A stretch of DNA of 64,000 nt from Octopus vulgaris (taxonomy: Eukaryota): the NCBI GenBank assembly GCA_951406725.2, contig OX597817.1, positions 37,696,001 to 37,760,000 on the forward strand, given 5' to 3'. Positions 27,586 through 41,780 of this stretch are shown here, in pieces (positions within the stretch are counted from its first letter, which is position 1; each line of letters starts with the position of its first letter). The notes beneath the pieces were generated by a model. That model searched no databases, was not told where the DNA came from, and worked only from the letters and a program-made list of their open reading frames with translations. Both the position numbers and the translations under genes were made by a program.

Positions 27586-28344
27586 AATATTTCTTCAGAG
27601 CTGAGAGATATAACGCTTTAAAATAGATGGTTTAAAACTGCAGTTAATTTTGCTCTAACCTGATTGCTTATATTTTTGTCAGTCTGTGCTGATATTTTGG
27701 AAGATATCACAGTTCAAGGTTATCTGTCATTTCAAGGGTGGATTTAACTAACTCCCCTTCCTCTGGTTAATCTACATGTTTTCATTATAGCTGCACTGCC
27801 TTTTGCAAACATTCAAATCTCTGTTCATTTTCACAGATAGTATATTTCTGTTGTCAAGAACATACATACTCAACCTATTTTACACATGCACTACATACTT
27901 ATGACAACAAGGGAATCTCTATGTTGTAAGCCTATCTGCTAAATGTAACAGTCAAATATCTTCCATGAATTATCAGCATTACACTGGTGTGGGAAATCAA
28001 TATAAATGGGACAACTAGGTCTGAAATCAGCCTTCCATCGAATAAAATCTTATAAAATCATTGTAAAGTTTATTGAGTTAATTTTCTCTAGATAAGAATT
28101 TTAAACATTTTCTTACATTATTATATAGATTTTTGTGTGTATTAATAGCAATTGCTTTTTAACTGAACAGAGAAGAGCAGTACCCACGATCCATTATTTT
28201 CAAAGGTCTTCAAGAGCAGCAAGAGAAAAGAAATGAACCCCAAACCAAAGGCCTTGTCTAAATGTTTGTAAGAGTAAATTTTACAAAAGGCACCCAAAGC
28301 CTATATGGTGATGTTAAATAGGGTGATGGATTAAGCCTAATATA

Positions 28345-28557
28345 TACTCTTACTCTTTTACTTGTTTCAGTCATGTGACTGTGGCCATGCTGGAGCACCG
28401 CCTTTAGTCAATCAAATCGACCCCAGGACTTATTCTTTGGAAGCCTAGTACTTATTTTATCGGTTTCTTTTTTTGCCGAACCGCTAAGTTACAGGGACGT
28501 AAACACACCATCATAAGTTTTCAAGCGATGTTGGGGGGACAAACATAGACAAACACG

Positions 28558-28589
<32 letters not shown>

Positions 28590-28750
28590 CGACGGGCTTC
28601 TTTTCAGTTTCAGTCTACCTAACCACTCACAAGGCTTTGGTCGGCCCGGGGCTATAGTAGAAGACACTTGCCCAAGGTGCCACGCAGTGGCGTGAACCCG
28701 GAACCATGTGGTTGATAAACAAGCTACTTACCACACAGCCACTCTTGCAC
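28345..28750 (-). mobile_element. SINE family B
   Basis: Full-length match to 25820-26220. Confidence 0.85.
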
Positions 28751-30218
28751 CTATATATATATATATATAATGAGTTTTCACACAGTTTCTGTCTAATAAA
28801 TTCACCCACAAGGCATTGCTTGGCCGGGGGCTATAGAAAAAAAATTTGCTCAAGGAATCACACATTAGGACTGTAAAGCGAGCTTCTAAATCACACAGCC
28901 ATGTCTGCACCAATAGGCAACCAGTTTTTTTCTTTGTTTTTTTTTTGTACACCACCACACTAGTTCTTGTATCAAAATACAACGCAACCAGTTCATGCTG
29001 TCAAGTGTTTTGTAATAGGAAAGGCATCCATTTATATAAATTGAAGGAAAACATGGAAGAGATATGGATTCCACAAGCTGCATATAAGGACAGTAATTCT
29101 AACATTAGGGTAGAGAAGGCTCTCTAATCATGGTCCCAGAGACCCTATTTTGTGTTGAGGACATAATAATATGCACCTAGTCCATGCTGTAAACTAGTTG
29201 TTGACAGGAAGGGCATCCAACTGTAAAATTCATGTCAAAAGAACATGACATACACAGCAAGGATGGCTATTTCTCTTTGCTTTTTTGCTGAGTGCATGAG
29301 AAGATGAAGGAATGTGACAAGTGGGAAGATGTTGTGAGACTTCTCTAACCCATGCTAGCATGGAAAATCAAATGTAAATTGATGATGATTGAATACATAG
29401 AAAGTATTATTAAAAACATAAATTTACTCTTTTCATGATCCAGAAAGATGAAAGAACAAAGCTTCACTATAGTTTCATTGGTGTTAAGTAAACCAAAATT
29501 CAATCTGTATTTTTGGATTGGGTACCAATCTATAAAAGGTAACACCACAGAAAATCTATCAACTCTTTGCTGTCTCATCTCGTCCTCATCTTTTAACACC
29601 TGTCTTCCATGTTAGCATAGGCTGGATGGTTTAATACCATTTGACATGTCAAGCTCCAATGTCTGCTTTGGCATGACTTCTATGGCTGGATGTCCTTTCT
29701 AGTGTCAATCACTTTACATAGTATACTGGGTGCTTTTTCATGGCACCAGCACTAGTGAGGTTGCCTAGTAGCTCTCAAGATAAAGATCTCCTTTGAGGGA
29801 GCAGGACTACAATAGAAAGAGAGATAGCTTTATGCTTGGTGATAAAAAGTTATTGTGTGAAAGAGGCAGGGGGAAAAAGTGAGAATAATCTGGGAGGAAC
29901 TGAAAAAAAGAGATAAAGATAGTTGTGATGAGGTGTCAAGGTGGGGCCTGGAGAGAGAACATTATTATCCCATGATTTTTTTCTTTTTTGTTGTTTTCAA
30001 AATGGTAGTTCTTTACTTTGTTTTAGCCATCACAAGAGAGGTCACTGCTTTGATAGAGAGGAGCTAGAAGGAAATTTAGCTGTTATTTCTAGCAAATCTT
30101 GTAACTGTGTAAAGGCTCTTTTAGTGCTTTGTGTTATAAATGAGGATGGCTCTGATAAGCTATAGAATGAAGTATACACTTGATCACTCCACTGTGGTTA
30201 TGGTACTAAGCCATAAAG

Positions 30219-30447
30219 TGGCGAGCTGGCAGAAACGTTAGCACGTTGGGTGAAATGCTTAGCGGTATTTCGTCTGCCGTTACGTTCTGAGTTCAAATTC
30301 TGCTGAGGTCAACTTTGCCTTTCAACCTTTCGGGGTCGATTAAATAAGTGCCAGTTATGCACTGGGGTCGATATAATCGACTTAATCCCTTTGTCTGTCC
30401 TTGTTTGTCCTCTCTGTGTTTAGCCCCTTGTAGGTAGTAAAGAAATA
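30219..30447 (+). mobile_element. SINE family A monomer
   Basis: Family core; TSD GGTACTAAGCCATA. Confidence 0.85.
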
Positions 30448-30955
30448 GGTACTAAGCCATAGTATCATGGTTTATTGTATTTCAAATCCTCTGTCAGACA
30501 CAACTAACAGCTATGAAACCATGGTTACCATGTTTCAAACCTTCTTGACAAAACTGGTATGGTAGCTGTCTCTGATATTAAGAAAGAATAGTGTAGAGTG
30601 GTTATCTTTCAAATCCTTTTTTGTTGACAATATCTTAGTAATGCTGCCAAGCTAAAATCTGGGTCATCACTCTTGCACTCTACCCCAACACTTCAATGCA
30701 ACTGTGCTGCCACCTATTCCCCCACCTGACCAATACCTACTTCTTCCACCTTCCTCCCAACTGATATTCATAACTGTCGCCACCCATGTGCACCTCCCAT
30801 TGCATTCCTCTCTTTCCATCTGTCATTCTTCTTTCACACTTTTGTGAACTTTCTTTTATTCATTTAATTGGCCACAAGGGCCTTACAAAGAAAAGAAGCT
30901 GCGGGTTGGACACGGACATAATGAGATGGAATGGTTAACGATATGATAATAATGA

Positions 30956-31161
30956 GGGCGAGCTGGCAGAACCGTTAGCATGCCAGGTGAAATGCGTAGC
31001 CGTATTTCGTCTATTATTACGTTCTGAGTTCAAATTCCGCCGAGGTCGACTTTGCCTTTCATCCTTTCAGGGTCGATAAATTAAGTACCAGTTACGCACT
31101 GGAGTCGATGTACTCGACTTAATCCGTTTGTCTGTCCCCTCTTGTGGGTAATAAAGAAACA
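30956..31161 (+). mobile_element. SINE family A monomer
   Basis: Family core; TSD GATATGATAATAATGAG. Confidence 0.85.
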
Positions 31162-31507
31162 GATATGATAATAATGAGAGCAACATTTTGTGAACTTTCT
31201 TACCTACCCACTCACCCTGTCCAATTCTCTGTATCATTTATATTTACCTTCCTGTACCTTGATGGTATGCCCTGGCACATCTTCACCAACATCTTATCCT
31301 TTTCCCAACTATGGTGACTATGTATCTCCCCTATAGCAAGACACTTGTTACTGTCCCTCTATCATACTTCAACTTTGCAACACTTTGGCATAGAAACCAC
31401 CTCCCTCAGTCTTAGACCATACTCACTTAACGAATCTTGTCTTGCGAGTTATTTGGTGACCACATTGGTGCTGGTGCCATGTAAAAAGTATCCAGTACTC
31501 TGTATGG

Positions 31508-31891
31508 ATGAAAGCACTCCGTCGGTTACAACGACGAGGGTTCCGGTTGATCCGATCAACGGAACAGCCTGCTCGTGAAATTAACGCGTAAGTGGCTGAG
31601 CACTCCACAGACACGTGTACCCTTAACGTAGTTCTCGGGGATATTCAGCGTGACACAGAGAGTGACAAGGCCGGCCCTTTGAAATACAGGTATAACAGAA
31701 ACAGGAAGTAAGAGTGAGAGAAAGTTGCGGTGAAAGAGTACAGCAGGGATCACCACCATCCCTGCCGGAGCCTCGTGGAGCTTTAGGTGTTTTCGCTCAA
31801 TAAACACTCACAACGCCCGGTCTGGGAACCGAAACCACGATCCTACGACCGCGAGTCCGCTGCCCTAACCACTGGGCCATTGCGCCTCCAC
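31508..31891 (-). mobile_element. Young tRNA-derived SINE family C
   Basis: Head GGAGGCGCAATGGCCCAGTGGTTAGG; almost identical to 50874-51259; TSD GTACTCTGTAT. Confidence 0.9.
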
Positions 31892-32677
31892 TTGTACTCT
31901 GTATAGTTGGTATTAGGAAGGGCATCAGGCTAAAGAAATCATGTCAAAGTAAACATTCGAGTTTGCTGCAGTCCTCTGGATCACCACTCTTGCTGAACCA
32001 TCCAACCAATGCCAGTATGGAAACAACTGTTAAATAATGATGATGATGATATCCTATACTATATAATAGCATCTGTTATTTTTTTCCTCTTAAAGCTTCC
32101 CTCTGTCAGAACTAAGAGGGTAAAACTATGAATTTTTCTTACATCAATGAATGAAATAAAACAAATACCCACCAAGAAATTAAAAGAAGTCATATATATA
32201 TCAACTTATTTTTAAGTCTTAGTACATATTCTATCAGTCTCTTTTGCTGAATTGCTAAGTTACAGGGACATTAAACACACCATCACTGGTTTGTCAAGCA
32301 GTGATGGAACAATACACACACACACACACACATACAAACACGCACAAAAAGAGAAAAGTTTATATGTATACTTAGAATTGAACTGTTGATGTTCTCATGA
32401 TGTTCTGGTGATCTGATGAGCTGGTTTTCTTTATTTGTATTGATTTGTGAATTTACAATTGCATTGTATAATGCATAGCACGCATATTAATGCTAATATG
32501 TGAATATATTTTTTATCCCACAATGAAATTATTATTATTATACAAAGAAGGCTGTGAAATGGCCATAACCCTAAGGATGCCAAATAGTTTATCCATCACT
32601 GGACGTCTGTTTTTCATTAAATAAATATATTCATCTCTCATACCTCTTGACTTTTTATGGTTTATATATATATATAG

Positions 32678-32734
<57 letters not shown>

Positions 32735-33160
32735 CATATGTGTGTGTGTGTGTGTATTTTCAAGCATTGGACCTCATGGAGCCAAAGTGGCTGAGTTCCT
32801 TTCGAGTGTTGGGCCTCACAGAGGCAATGACCGAGACCTTTGGCATTATGTCGTGCTTGAGATGAAGACCCATCAAGCCGAGTGAAATTGCAGTCGTGGC
32901 AGATACTGGTGTCACACAAATTGGTGCCCATGCCAGTGACATGTAAAAGCACCCCAGTATCACACAAATGGCACCTGTGCCAGTAAAACGTAAAAGCATT
33001 CATTACACTCTGAGAGTGGTTGGCATTAGGATGAGCGTCCAGCAGTAGAAAACCATGCCAAATCAGACTGGAGTCTAGTGCAGCTTTCCAGTATGCCAGC
33101 ACTGGTCAAACCATCCAACCCATGCCAGCACTGACAACATACGTTAAATGATGATGATGA

Positions 33161-33198
<38 letters not shown>

Positions 33199-33245
33199 GA
33201 AAAAAGATTAGAGATCTATATAAATCCAATTTTTATATATAAAAG

Positions 33246-33523
33246 ATGGAGATGGAAATAGCACAGAAGTAAGTTCAAGAGGGAATTTAATAAAAAAGAT
33301 TTTAAGAAATTATATAAAGAAACTATTACCGGTTTCAAAGAATTTCATCTTAGCAAATATCAGTAAAAATTTATATTCTTATAAATTTTCACTGACATTT
33401 GATAAGATGAAATTCTTTGAAACCAGTAATATTTTCTTTATATAATTTCTTAAAATCCTTTTTATTAAATTCTCTCTTAAATAAAATGTGTTAGACTTAC
33501 TTCTGTGCTATTTCCACCTTCAT
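33246..33523. repeat. Long AT-rich inverted repeat just downstream of the FAM50 stop codon
   Basis: TGGAAATAGCACAGAAGTAAGT...ACTTACTTCTGTGCTATTTCCA; ~125-bp arms with a small central loop at ~33375. Confidence 0.85.
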
Positions 33524-33871
33524 GTTATTTACATATATATATATATATGTATATATATAATGTATATATGTACATATGTATATGGATGTATATACACACA
33601 TATACAAATACAAACATGATGGGCTTCTTTCAATTTTCATCTACTAAATCTACTTACAAGGTTTTGTTTAGCCTGGGGCTATAGTAGAAAACACCTGCCC
33701 ATGGTGCTATGCAGTGAAATTAAACCTGAAACCATATGGTTGAGAAGTAAGCTTCTTAGCCATACTTGTGCTTATGATACAAGAATAAATAAACAGACAA
33801 GTTCACATGTATAAAATAATTTTAAAGATCAAAGAGACATGCGATATTAAATCTATGCAAGATACAAGAGT

Positions 33872-34382
33872 TCATTTTACTGTAATCCTTGCAGCATTTT
33901 TATCAGAAACAGTATATTGGTCCCATTTCTTCTCAGGGTCATATGGTTCCCATCGACATGCTGGGAATATATGCTTATTCCTTTCATACCAGCTACGCAA
34001 GCAAACTTTGCCAGCATGTGATTCATCTTTCTCCACAGTGGCATCATTGATCAAACGGATATCTTCATGCACATCAAAATTGAAGAGGGGTCCACTTTTG
34101 CCCCGAGCTTTTGTCACAATGAAATCATAAAATGTGTAATGATGTGGGATGATTAAGTCTTCTTTGACGTACATCAACTGATCGACTGTGATAGATTTCA
34201 AATCATTGAACTCTTTACGTAAATTCTCCAAACACCGTTGCAGGAACTGCTGTATACTGTTGCCTTTCTTCATTTTCACTTGTCGGCGATGACCAGAACC
34301 ATCCCAGTAACTGTAAGTAATTTCAATCTCTTCGTTTTTAATTTTTTCTTGTTTAGCAACCCATTCTTGACGAAGCTGTTCC
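33872..34382 (-). CDS. FAM50A: FAM50/XAP5 family protein, coding exon 4 (conserved C-terminal domain)
   Basis: EQLRQEW...[17 protein letters not shown]...[32 protein letters not shown]...[44 protein letters not shown] acceptor at 34384-34383, phase consistent with exon 3. Confidence 0.97.
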
Positions 34383-35101
34383 CTATAACAGAAAGAATAA
34401 AAATTAATAAAACATGGTACATATATATATATATATAAATATATATGGTATGTATATAAATGATATGCATACAAAAATGCATATATAAATATATGCATAT
34501 TAATTCAATTTGTATACATGTGATATATGTATATATATATATATATATGGGCATGGCTGTGTGGTTAGGGAGCTTGCTTCCTAACTACATGTTTTCGGGT
34601 TCAGTCCCACTGCGTGGCACTTTGGGTAGGTGTCTTCCGCTATAGCCCTGAGCCGACCGGAGCTTTGTGATTGAATTCGGTAGGCGGGAGTTACTGCCAT
34701 GTGTGTATGTGTGCGTATAGCTGCTCAGTGCCTCTCCAAAAGAGAAAGGGATATATATGATCCTTCTTAAGCCATGCCAGGCTCATAAGGGCCAATTTCC
34801 CGGTTTCAGTGGCATAGAAATTCGCCACCTGGACAGAACGCTGGTCTGTCGCTGGATTACTTATTTTTGCCAGCTGAGTGGATTGGAGCAACGTGAAATG
34901 AAGTGTTTTGCTCAAGAACACAATGCATTGCCTGGTCCAGGAATTGAAACCTCAACTTTACAATCTTGAGTTCAACACCCTAACCACTAAGCCACGTGCC
35001 TCCACACACACACACATATATATATATATGATAAAAAAATATTGCAAATTATTAAATATGTAAAAATCAAGTAAAACCTGGAGTAAGAAAAATCGACTCA
35101 C

Positions 35102-35286
35102 CTCAACTTGTTCTCTTCTTCTTCTCGATCACGGTCAGGTAAAAAGCTTGTGTCAACATCAGGATTCTTTCCAAGACGTTTTCTTTTCAATTTCCCTGTT
35201 GTGAAATCAATTTCTGGGAGTTCTTCCTCCAAGTCAGATATATCTTCATCATCACCTTCATCAGGGTCAAATGACAAAGCTGCTCT
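35102..35286 (-). CDS. FAM50A: FAM50/XAP5 coding exon 3
   Basis: RAALSFD...[27 protein letters not shown]; TTTCAG acceptor and GTGAGT donor; 185 nt. Confidence 0.95.
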
Positions 35287-35947
35287 CTGAAATGTGCAAA
35301 GATAAAATAGCTGCTTCATCAGAGCACGGGAGATACACAGATTATAACAAACCAAAATGAAAATCGTCGTCGCCGTCATCATCAAGCAGTGATCTTTGTT
35401 TCCAATCTTCAGTAAAAACATCTCTGGTCACAGGAAAACATTACCTTAGGAACAAGTGAGAGTTGGTAACATGAAGGGGATTCAGCCACAGAAAATCTGG
35501 CTCAACAAATTCTGTCCAACCCATGTGAGCATGGAAAAATAGACGTTAAGACGATGATAATGCAGATGACTTAACATTTTCAAAGAATTAAAGCCACATT
35601 TGAAGGAAGATAAATACTTTTCCATACAATGACTTGACTTTTTAGAAAAAAAACACTCATAGTGTTTTATCGTCAAAGCGGACATCATTATCTTGAAAAT
35701 GCTTTTCTTTATATTATCTTTTGTAATGCACTTAATATGTTATATATAGCCAAAGGCATGGCTGCGTGCTTGAGAAATTCACTTCCCAACTAAATGTATT
35801 TAGGTAGAGTTACACTGTATGATACCTTGGGCAAGTACTGCTTCTACTGTAGCCTTGGGCAAAAACAATGCTTAGTGAGTGGATATGGTAGATAATGGAA
35901 ACTAAAAGAAATCCTTCATATATATATATATATATATATATCATCAT

Positions 35948-35988
<41 letters not shown>

Positions 35989-36020
35989 TATATGTACATA
36001 CACACAAACACACATAATGC

Positions 36021-36054
<34 letters not shown>

Positions 36055-37009
36055 CAATAAGAAAATGGAGGGGGATCAATAGGTGGTTCATCAACTTTTA
36101 AACATTATATTATGTCAACGTATTTATTTATTTACTAAAATGACAATTACAAGAATATACATACATGTATACTATATTATGCTTTACATATAAAATATAT
36201 TAATATATAAAGATATTAATAATTGGGTATTCTACCAGCAATATATTGGATAGATATTGTCCCTTAGTTGGTTGGATTCACAACCTCTAACTCTCTTTGT
36301 ATTATATATATATGTGTGTGTGTGTGTGTATGTATTTTATGCATGAGTGAATGCATACATGGAGGTATGCATGTATTTGTGTCTCTTTGTCTTGACATTG
36401 CATGACAGTGGTAAATAAGTGTCGCAGTCATACATGCAATCTTTTGTGAAAATATGTCTAACCAAGAGGAAATATCACCTTACTTGGAAATAGACATAAT
36501 TAGGTTACAAGGAAGGCACCTTGCTGTCAAAAATCTGCTGCAACAAATTTCATCCAATCTATCCAAGCATGAAAATGTGGATATTAAGACAGCAATGATG
36601 ATGACGATGATGTTCATAGCTTTTGTAAGTTCATGGAGATGAAACTTATCCTGATATTAAGCATACTTAGGGACAGCTCCTCCCTCTCTTGCTTATGATA
36701 CCAATGTAGAACTGATTTATTTTCCTACAGGTTTCTCAGATACAAAGGATTAACCCATTAGCATTAGAACTGACCATACCTAGCCCAAATATTCATTGTT
36801 TTACTTCAAACTAGCTAGATCCAGTTTCTCACACCTACCCAAAAATGTCATTCTAAAAATAACAATCACACCATCAAAATTTTGAAGCCACAAGATTATG
36901 CATAATTAATTCAAAACAATGTGAATACATAAGTGTTACATTTGATAGAATAATCTGAATGCTAAAAGGTTAAACTGGGGTTCATTAATCATCATACTTT
37001 TATACCAAA

Positions 37010-37542
37010 CTAGCAGCATAGCCCGGCGTTGCCCGGGTATGTAAGAGCCCCTAGTAGGCAACGACTAATCCCAATCTAGTCCTTTCCCTCTAGGGAACAA
37101 AGGTGCATGTGTAGGTTGCAATGTCCTCTGTGTATACGATGTTCCTAGATGTCCCTTTGGGCGAAAACGCGATTTCCCAAAATGGCACGATTTTATCGAT
37201 ATTTCTGATGGTAAGGTATTGCATGGAAAACTAACGTCAGAATTAAGTTTCTTAGGGTAACATAACCATGAGTTTGGTGAAAATCGATTGCAAGTTGCAA
37301 AAACTACAACAGAAAATGTGTTGCATATAAAAAGCTTAGATTCTCGACCCCATGTCGAATTTATCGATCTTTTTTCAGAACTGGGGGAACTTTTAAAAAT
37401 TTTTGCTGCGTTAGTTTTGAATTATGACATTGGGCTATGTGTGTGTCAAGTTTCATCAGAATCGGTTGAAAGCCATGGTCAGGGTGAAGGTATAACCTGA
37501 CAGACACACAGACGGACAAACTGCCATTTATATAGAGAGAGA
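37010..37542 (-). mobile_element. Non-autonomous Helitron (second family) in FAM50 intron
   Basis: A|CTAG end with CCCGGCGTTGCCCGGG hairpin, and GA|T at the other end. Confidence 0.75.
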
Positions 37543-38179
37543 TATCCAAACTGTATGATACAAGTTGTCCCCCTTGTTTTTTCCTTTTGATCAATCTAAC
37601 ACTTTCTCCAGCTTTTCAAGAAAATAATGAGAAATTCAATTAATCTATTCACGATGTGAACTACGTAATAATAGGCTTCAAATTTGAAAAAACCCATCTC
37701 AGTAAAGTTAACATGAAAACAAAAAGATGCAAGTGACAAATAGAAAAAAACACAAACAAACAGAAGTACTTCCTTACTTAAAACCAATGTTTTTGTTTTT
37801 ATTTACCAAGGCCCATTCCCCCATAGGAGGGGGTAGCCACAACAAGAAACACACTAGGCATTTCATTCATTTTCTAGCTCAAAGAGGCGAGCCCTGCCCT
37901 ATGCTTGAGTCAAGGCATAGAAAGCAACCCCAAATATCAGCAGCAAGGAACGACAGCATATGCTGGTTTACCCCCGCTATATCTTGCTGGTTCCGTACCC
38001 CTTTGAGCAACATCAATTCACTCATCCGTCCACAAACACTCTCCAAGCTTTCCTATCATTTATAAACTCTCTTGCCTCTCTCAGTCCAACACCTCTAACC
38101 ACCAAAGCTTTCCTCATGGCAAAGGATGAAATATTAAGTGAAACTTCCTATTCTTTCTCCCATAGTCCCTCTTACATAC

Positions 38180-38319
38180 CTTCATTTTCTCATACCGTCT
38201 TTTCTCTTCCTGTTGCTTTGCATACTGCCGAGCTTCAGCATCTTTTTTGGCAAGTTGCTTTTCACGTTGTTTTACCACATCTTCTTGCTTTGCTTTCATT
38301 TCATCCAGAGTAACCAACC
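38180..38319 (-). CDS. FAM50A: FAM50/XAP5 coding exon 2
   Basis: GLVTLDEMKAKQEDVVKQREKQLAKK...; AG acceptor and GTATGT donor; 140 nt, phases match neighbouring exons. Confidence 0.95.
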
Positions 38320-39442
38320 CTTTTGATGAGAACAACGAAGGATGTCAGTATAAGAATAAATGACTTATAAGTAGAAGAAGATCATTACACAAGTAAATCT
38401 GTTGCATGTGAACTAAAGTATAAATTTTAGCAAATTGTGTGTCAGAATTTGCTTACTAATATAGTGGAAAATATATTAATGTAATTCAAAAGTTTTTTTT
38501 TTTTTAATGATTATGGTTATAGACATACATTTTCAAATTTTTAATATTGAAGAAAATTAGAGTTTTAGCAATGTAAATGAAAGCAGTTTTACTTGGAAAC
38601 TGAGCACATAATTTTAGCATTATAAGAACACAACCTTTGAAACCACCACCAACAGCAATAGGTGTTTTTTATTAGTTTAATGCTATGCAAACTGTGAAAT
38701 GCATCACCTCTTGAAATAGTCTTGTTTGAAAATGAAATAAGATTAGAAAAAAGTAGCATCAGGACAATTTGTGGAAATTGACAAATTTCTTGAGTCTGCA
38801 CTAAAGCAAGAAATCATTGATATTATTAAAAAGATATTATAAAAGAGACTGTTCTAATTACAGTCATGCTTTACAGATGTTTGCAGTCTAATATGATAAT
38901 ACTGTTTTGATCAAAGTTTTCTAGAGTGGAGTGGTGTATCACATAAAAAGGGATATCATGTATAGATTTGACACTTGGGAATTCCTACTGGAAACTACTT
39001 AAGAAGGTAAGATTTAAATATGTTCTTTAACCTGGTTTGAGTTGATCTATGATCAAAAACTTTAACCTGGTTTGAATTGACCTATGATAAAAAAAAACTT
39101 TTTAGTCAGGACTATACCAATTTTTGTGCATCTAGGACCACTTTGTCCAATGTGTCTTTCGAGTTGAGGGAGATGTAGCTGGTAATTCCAGTAAGCTGAG
39201 CAACCAAGTAGAGACCTCCCCTTGTATGCAGTGTTTTAAGGTAAATGCTGTTAACTGAATGTATTATTTAGGTTGTCTTCATATTTGTGGGCTTGTTTAA
39301 GAAGACTCAATAAAAAAAAAAGAAAATAACATTAGGTTGTGCCAAGAATTTAAATGCAAACACACAAATATTCCAAATCATTTCATATTCATTTCAAATT
39401 GTTAAAAATTATCCAGTTTTGAAAATATAAGATACAACTTAC

Positions 39443-39635
39443 CAATAGTATTTGATTTGAGTTGCTGTTCAACGGCATCATAATGAGCTGCAAATTTGTT
39501 CTGAATGCTACCAATTTTTAATTCCTCTTCAATTTTTTTCTTTTTTGCTTCCAGCTCTTGATGTTCTTTCTGGCGTTTCTTCATCAAACTGAAAGCTCTT
39601 CCAGCTTCTGATGCAGCGCCTTTGTAGTGTGCCAT
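39443..39635 (-). CDS. FAM50A: FAM50/XAP5 coding exon 1
   Basis: [14 protein letters not shown]...[20 protein letters not shown]; GTAAGT donor; upstream acceptor at 39677-39676 implies a 5' non-coding exon. The four exons total 1029 nt (342 aa). Confidence 0.96.
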
Positions 39636-40159
39636 TTTTTTATAGACAACTAATGGATCTTCAAATTAATTTAACCTAGAAATAATAAAAGGGGAATAAT
39701 TTCTCACATAGCCTTCTGCTTCAATTTATGTTTGACAACAATGCAAGAAACAGCACAAAGTCCAACCTTTAAATCTCAATCAATTTAATGTAGTTATAAA
39801 CCAAAGTTAGCTAAAACAAACGGAAATTTATTGTTATTTATATGTCTCTTTATCCATTTTTGCAAGGATTAGATGGGCCTTTTCCAGCAGAGTCTCTTAC
39901 TACTTTTCATGGTCTGTTGTCATCTTCATTCACCATTTCCTCCTATATCTTCCTTTTCTGCAAGAAATGCTTTCTACTTGAACTGTTTGCCACTTCTTTA
40001 ACCAACTGTCACTCACCACAAACATCATGTTTGTACCAATAGTCTCCTCTTTTGTATACTACCTTTTTTGCTCTTAGCTCATCTGTGCTTTGTCATTCAT
40101 GCACATGAACAGCACATATCCAGCCAAGTATGCTGATTTCATTTCTTTTAAACCTTCAC

Positions 40160-40414
40160 AGGAGTGGCTGTGTAGTAAGTAACTTGCTTGTCAACCAGTT
40201 TCAGTCCCACTGTGTGGCACATTGGGCAAGTGCCTTCTACTATAGCCTCGGACCAACCAAAGCCTTGTGAGTGGATTTGGGAGACGGAAACTGAAAGAAG
40301 CCCACCGTATATATAGATATATATATATTTTATACATTTTATTTTTGATGCACTAAGCCACTTGGTGTTAAATGGATGTACTATTAAATTAGTATCCAAT
40401 TTTCTCACCCTTAT

Positions 40415-40456
<42 letters not shown>

Positions 40457-40630
40457 ATCTTTGTGTTTGTCCTCCCACCATCACTTGTTGGTGTGTTTAC
40501 GTCACCATAACTTAGCAGTTCAGGAATAGAATAAGTACTAGGCTTACAAAGTCCTGGGGTCGATTTGTTCGACTAAAGATGGCACTCCAGTATGGCCACA
40601 GTCAAATGACTGAAACAATTAAAAGAATAT
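40160..40630 (+). mobile_element. SINE family B, interrupted/decayed
   Basis: Head at 40160 and tail (CTCCAGTATGGCCACAGTCAAATGACTGAAAC) at ~40590. Confidence 0.7.
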
Positions 40631-40699
40631 CCTCTGCATTTAATGTCAATATTTCCCCACCATGCAACACTGCATTTCATGCACAAGAATAATATATGT

Positions 40700-41780
40700 C
40701 CTTCACTCTGAGAGAAAATACCATTGTTAATAGCTTCCTATGCTTTTTCCTATGCTAATTAGGTCATCTAGGTAACAAAAGCTATTAACAACATCTATGG
40801 AGCATTCAAAACATTTGAAAGAATCTTTATTGCAGGTATTCTTAGTTAATTGTGCATTCAGGTATACAATATTTTCCTCTCCTGTTAGCCTGCCTGTGCA
40901 CCTAAAGTTTACATTAGGTACACTATATGGAATTCTTACTCACTCCTTTTTTTGCATATCAAACATAGCCACTTTTCATATGCTAACAGAGTCCTGTCTT
41001 TTTCCCCTTCTGCTCAAGATTTTTTGCAGTTGCTATGTTTACTTCAAGGCCTCTCAATTTTAGGTTTGTACCTGGATTTGGAATTTCTACCCTAAATATG
41101 CAACAGATTTGGCTTTGAGACCTAGGTTACTGGCATTCAGGAATTTCCAAGGACAATTGACTTTATATTCATCTATTAAAGCCTGGAGAACAACAACAGA
41201 GAAACTGGATCTCTGATGGACATCTACCCACATCCTAACCTCTTTGTTGAACTCATTGCCAACTCTGACCTGTTGACAACATCTCTGTTAATGACTTGCA
41301 CAGTTCTCATAAGGAATTCATCATAACCTAGTTTTTTCAACAACCACTAGACTACAAAGTATGATACTCAGTCAAAGGTTTTCTCTAGGTCAACAAATGC
41401 TAAGGACATCTCCTTTAGCTGTTTCACTGTGAAGAATGCATCAGTGGTCCCCCATTTTGATACAAGCCCAAGCTACACCTCATAAGTTAGTTCTCTCTCT
41501 AATCAGTTGTACTATAACACCTGTTACTTTTATAACTTGGTTCATCAGTTTGTGGCTTTTGTAATTGCTTCTTTTTAGGGTATGACATTTGCCCTTACAG
41601 CAGTGGACAAAGATACTATCACATTAGTCATTTGGTATGAAACCTCCCTGTTTGCTATGCAAGTCAGTAGTCTGACTTCAAATATTTCCAGCATTTCAAC
41701 AATTCTCTTCTTAATGGCCCAACTATTTTCCTTATCTTTAATAACAATTTTGAACATCTAGCTATTAACTTCAATAGCTG
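40700..41780 (-). mobile_element. Old RTE LINE remnant
   Basis: Antisense similarity to the 24300-25020 RT region (AFVDLEK-like motif at ~41385). Confidence 0.55.

Noticed and set aside
31810-31890. tRNA genes at SINE heads
   Set aside because: The tRNA-like heads continue into SINE bodies with TSDs and lack a proper acceptor stem.
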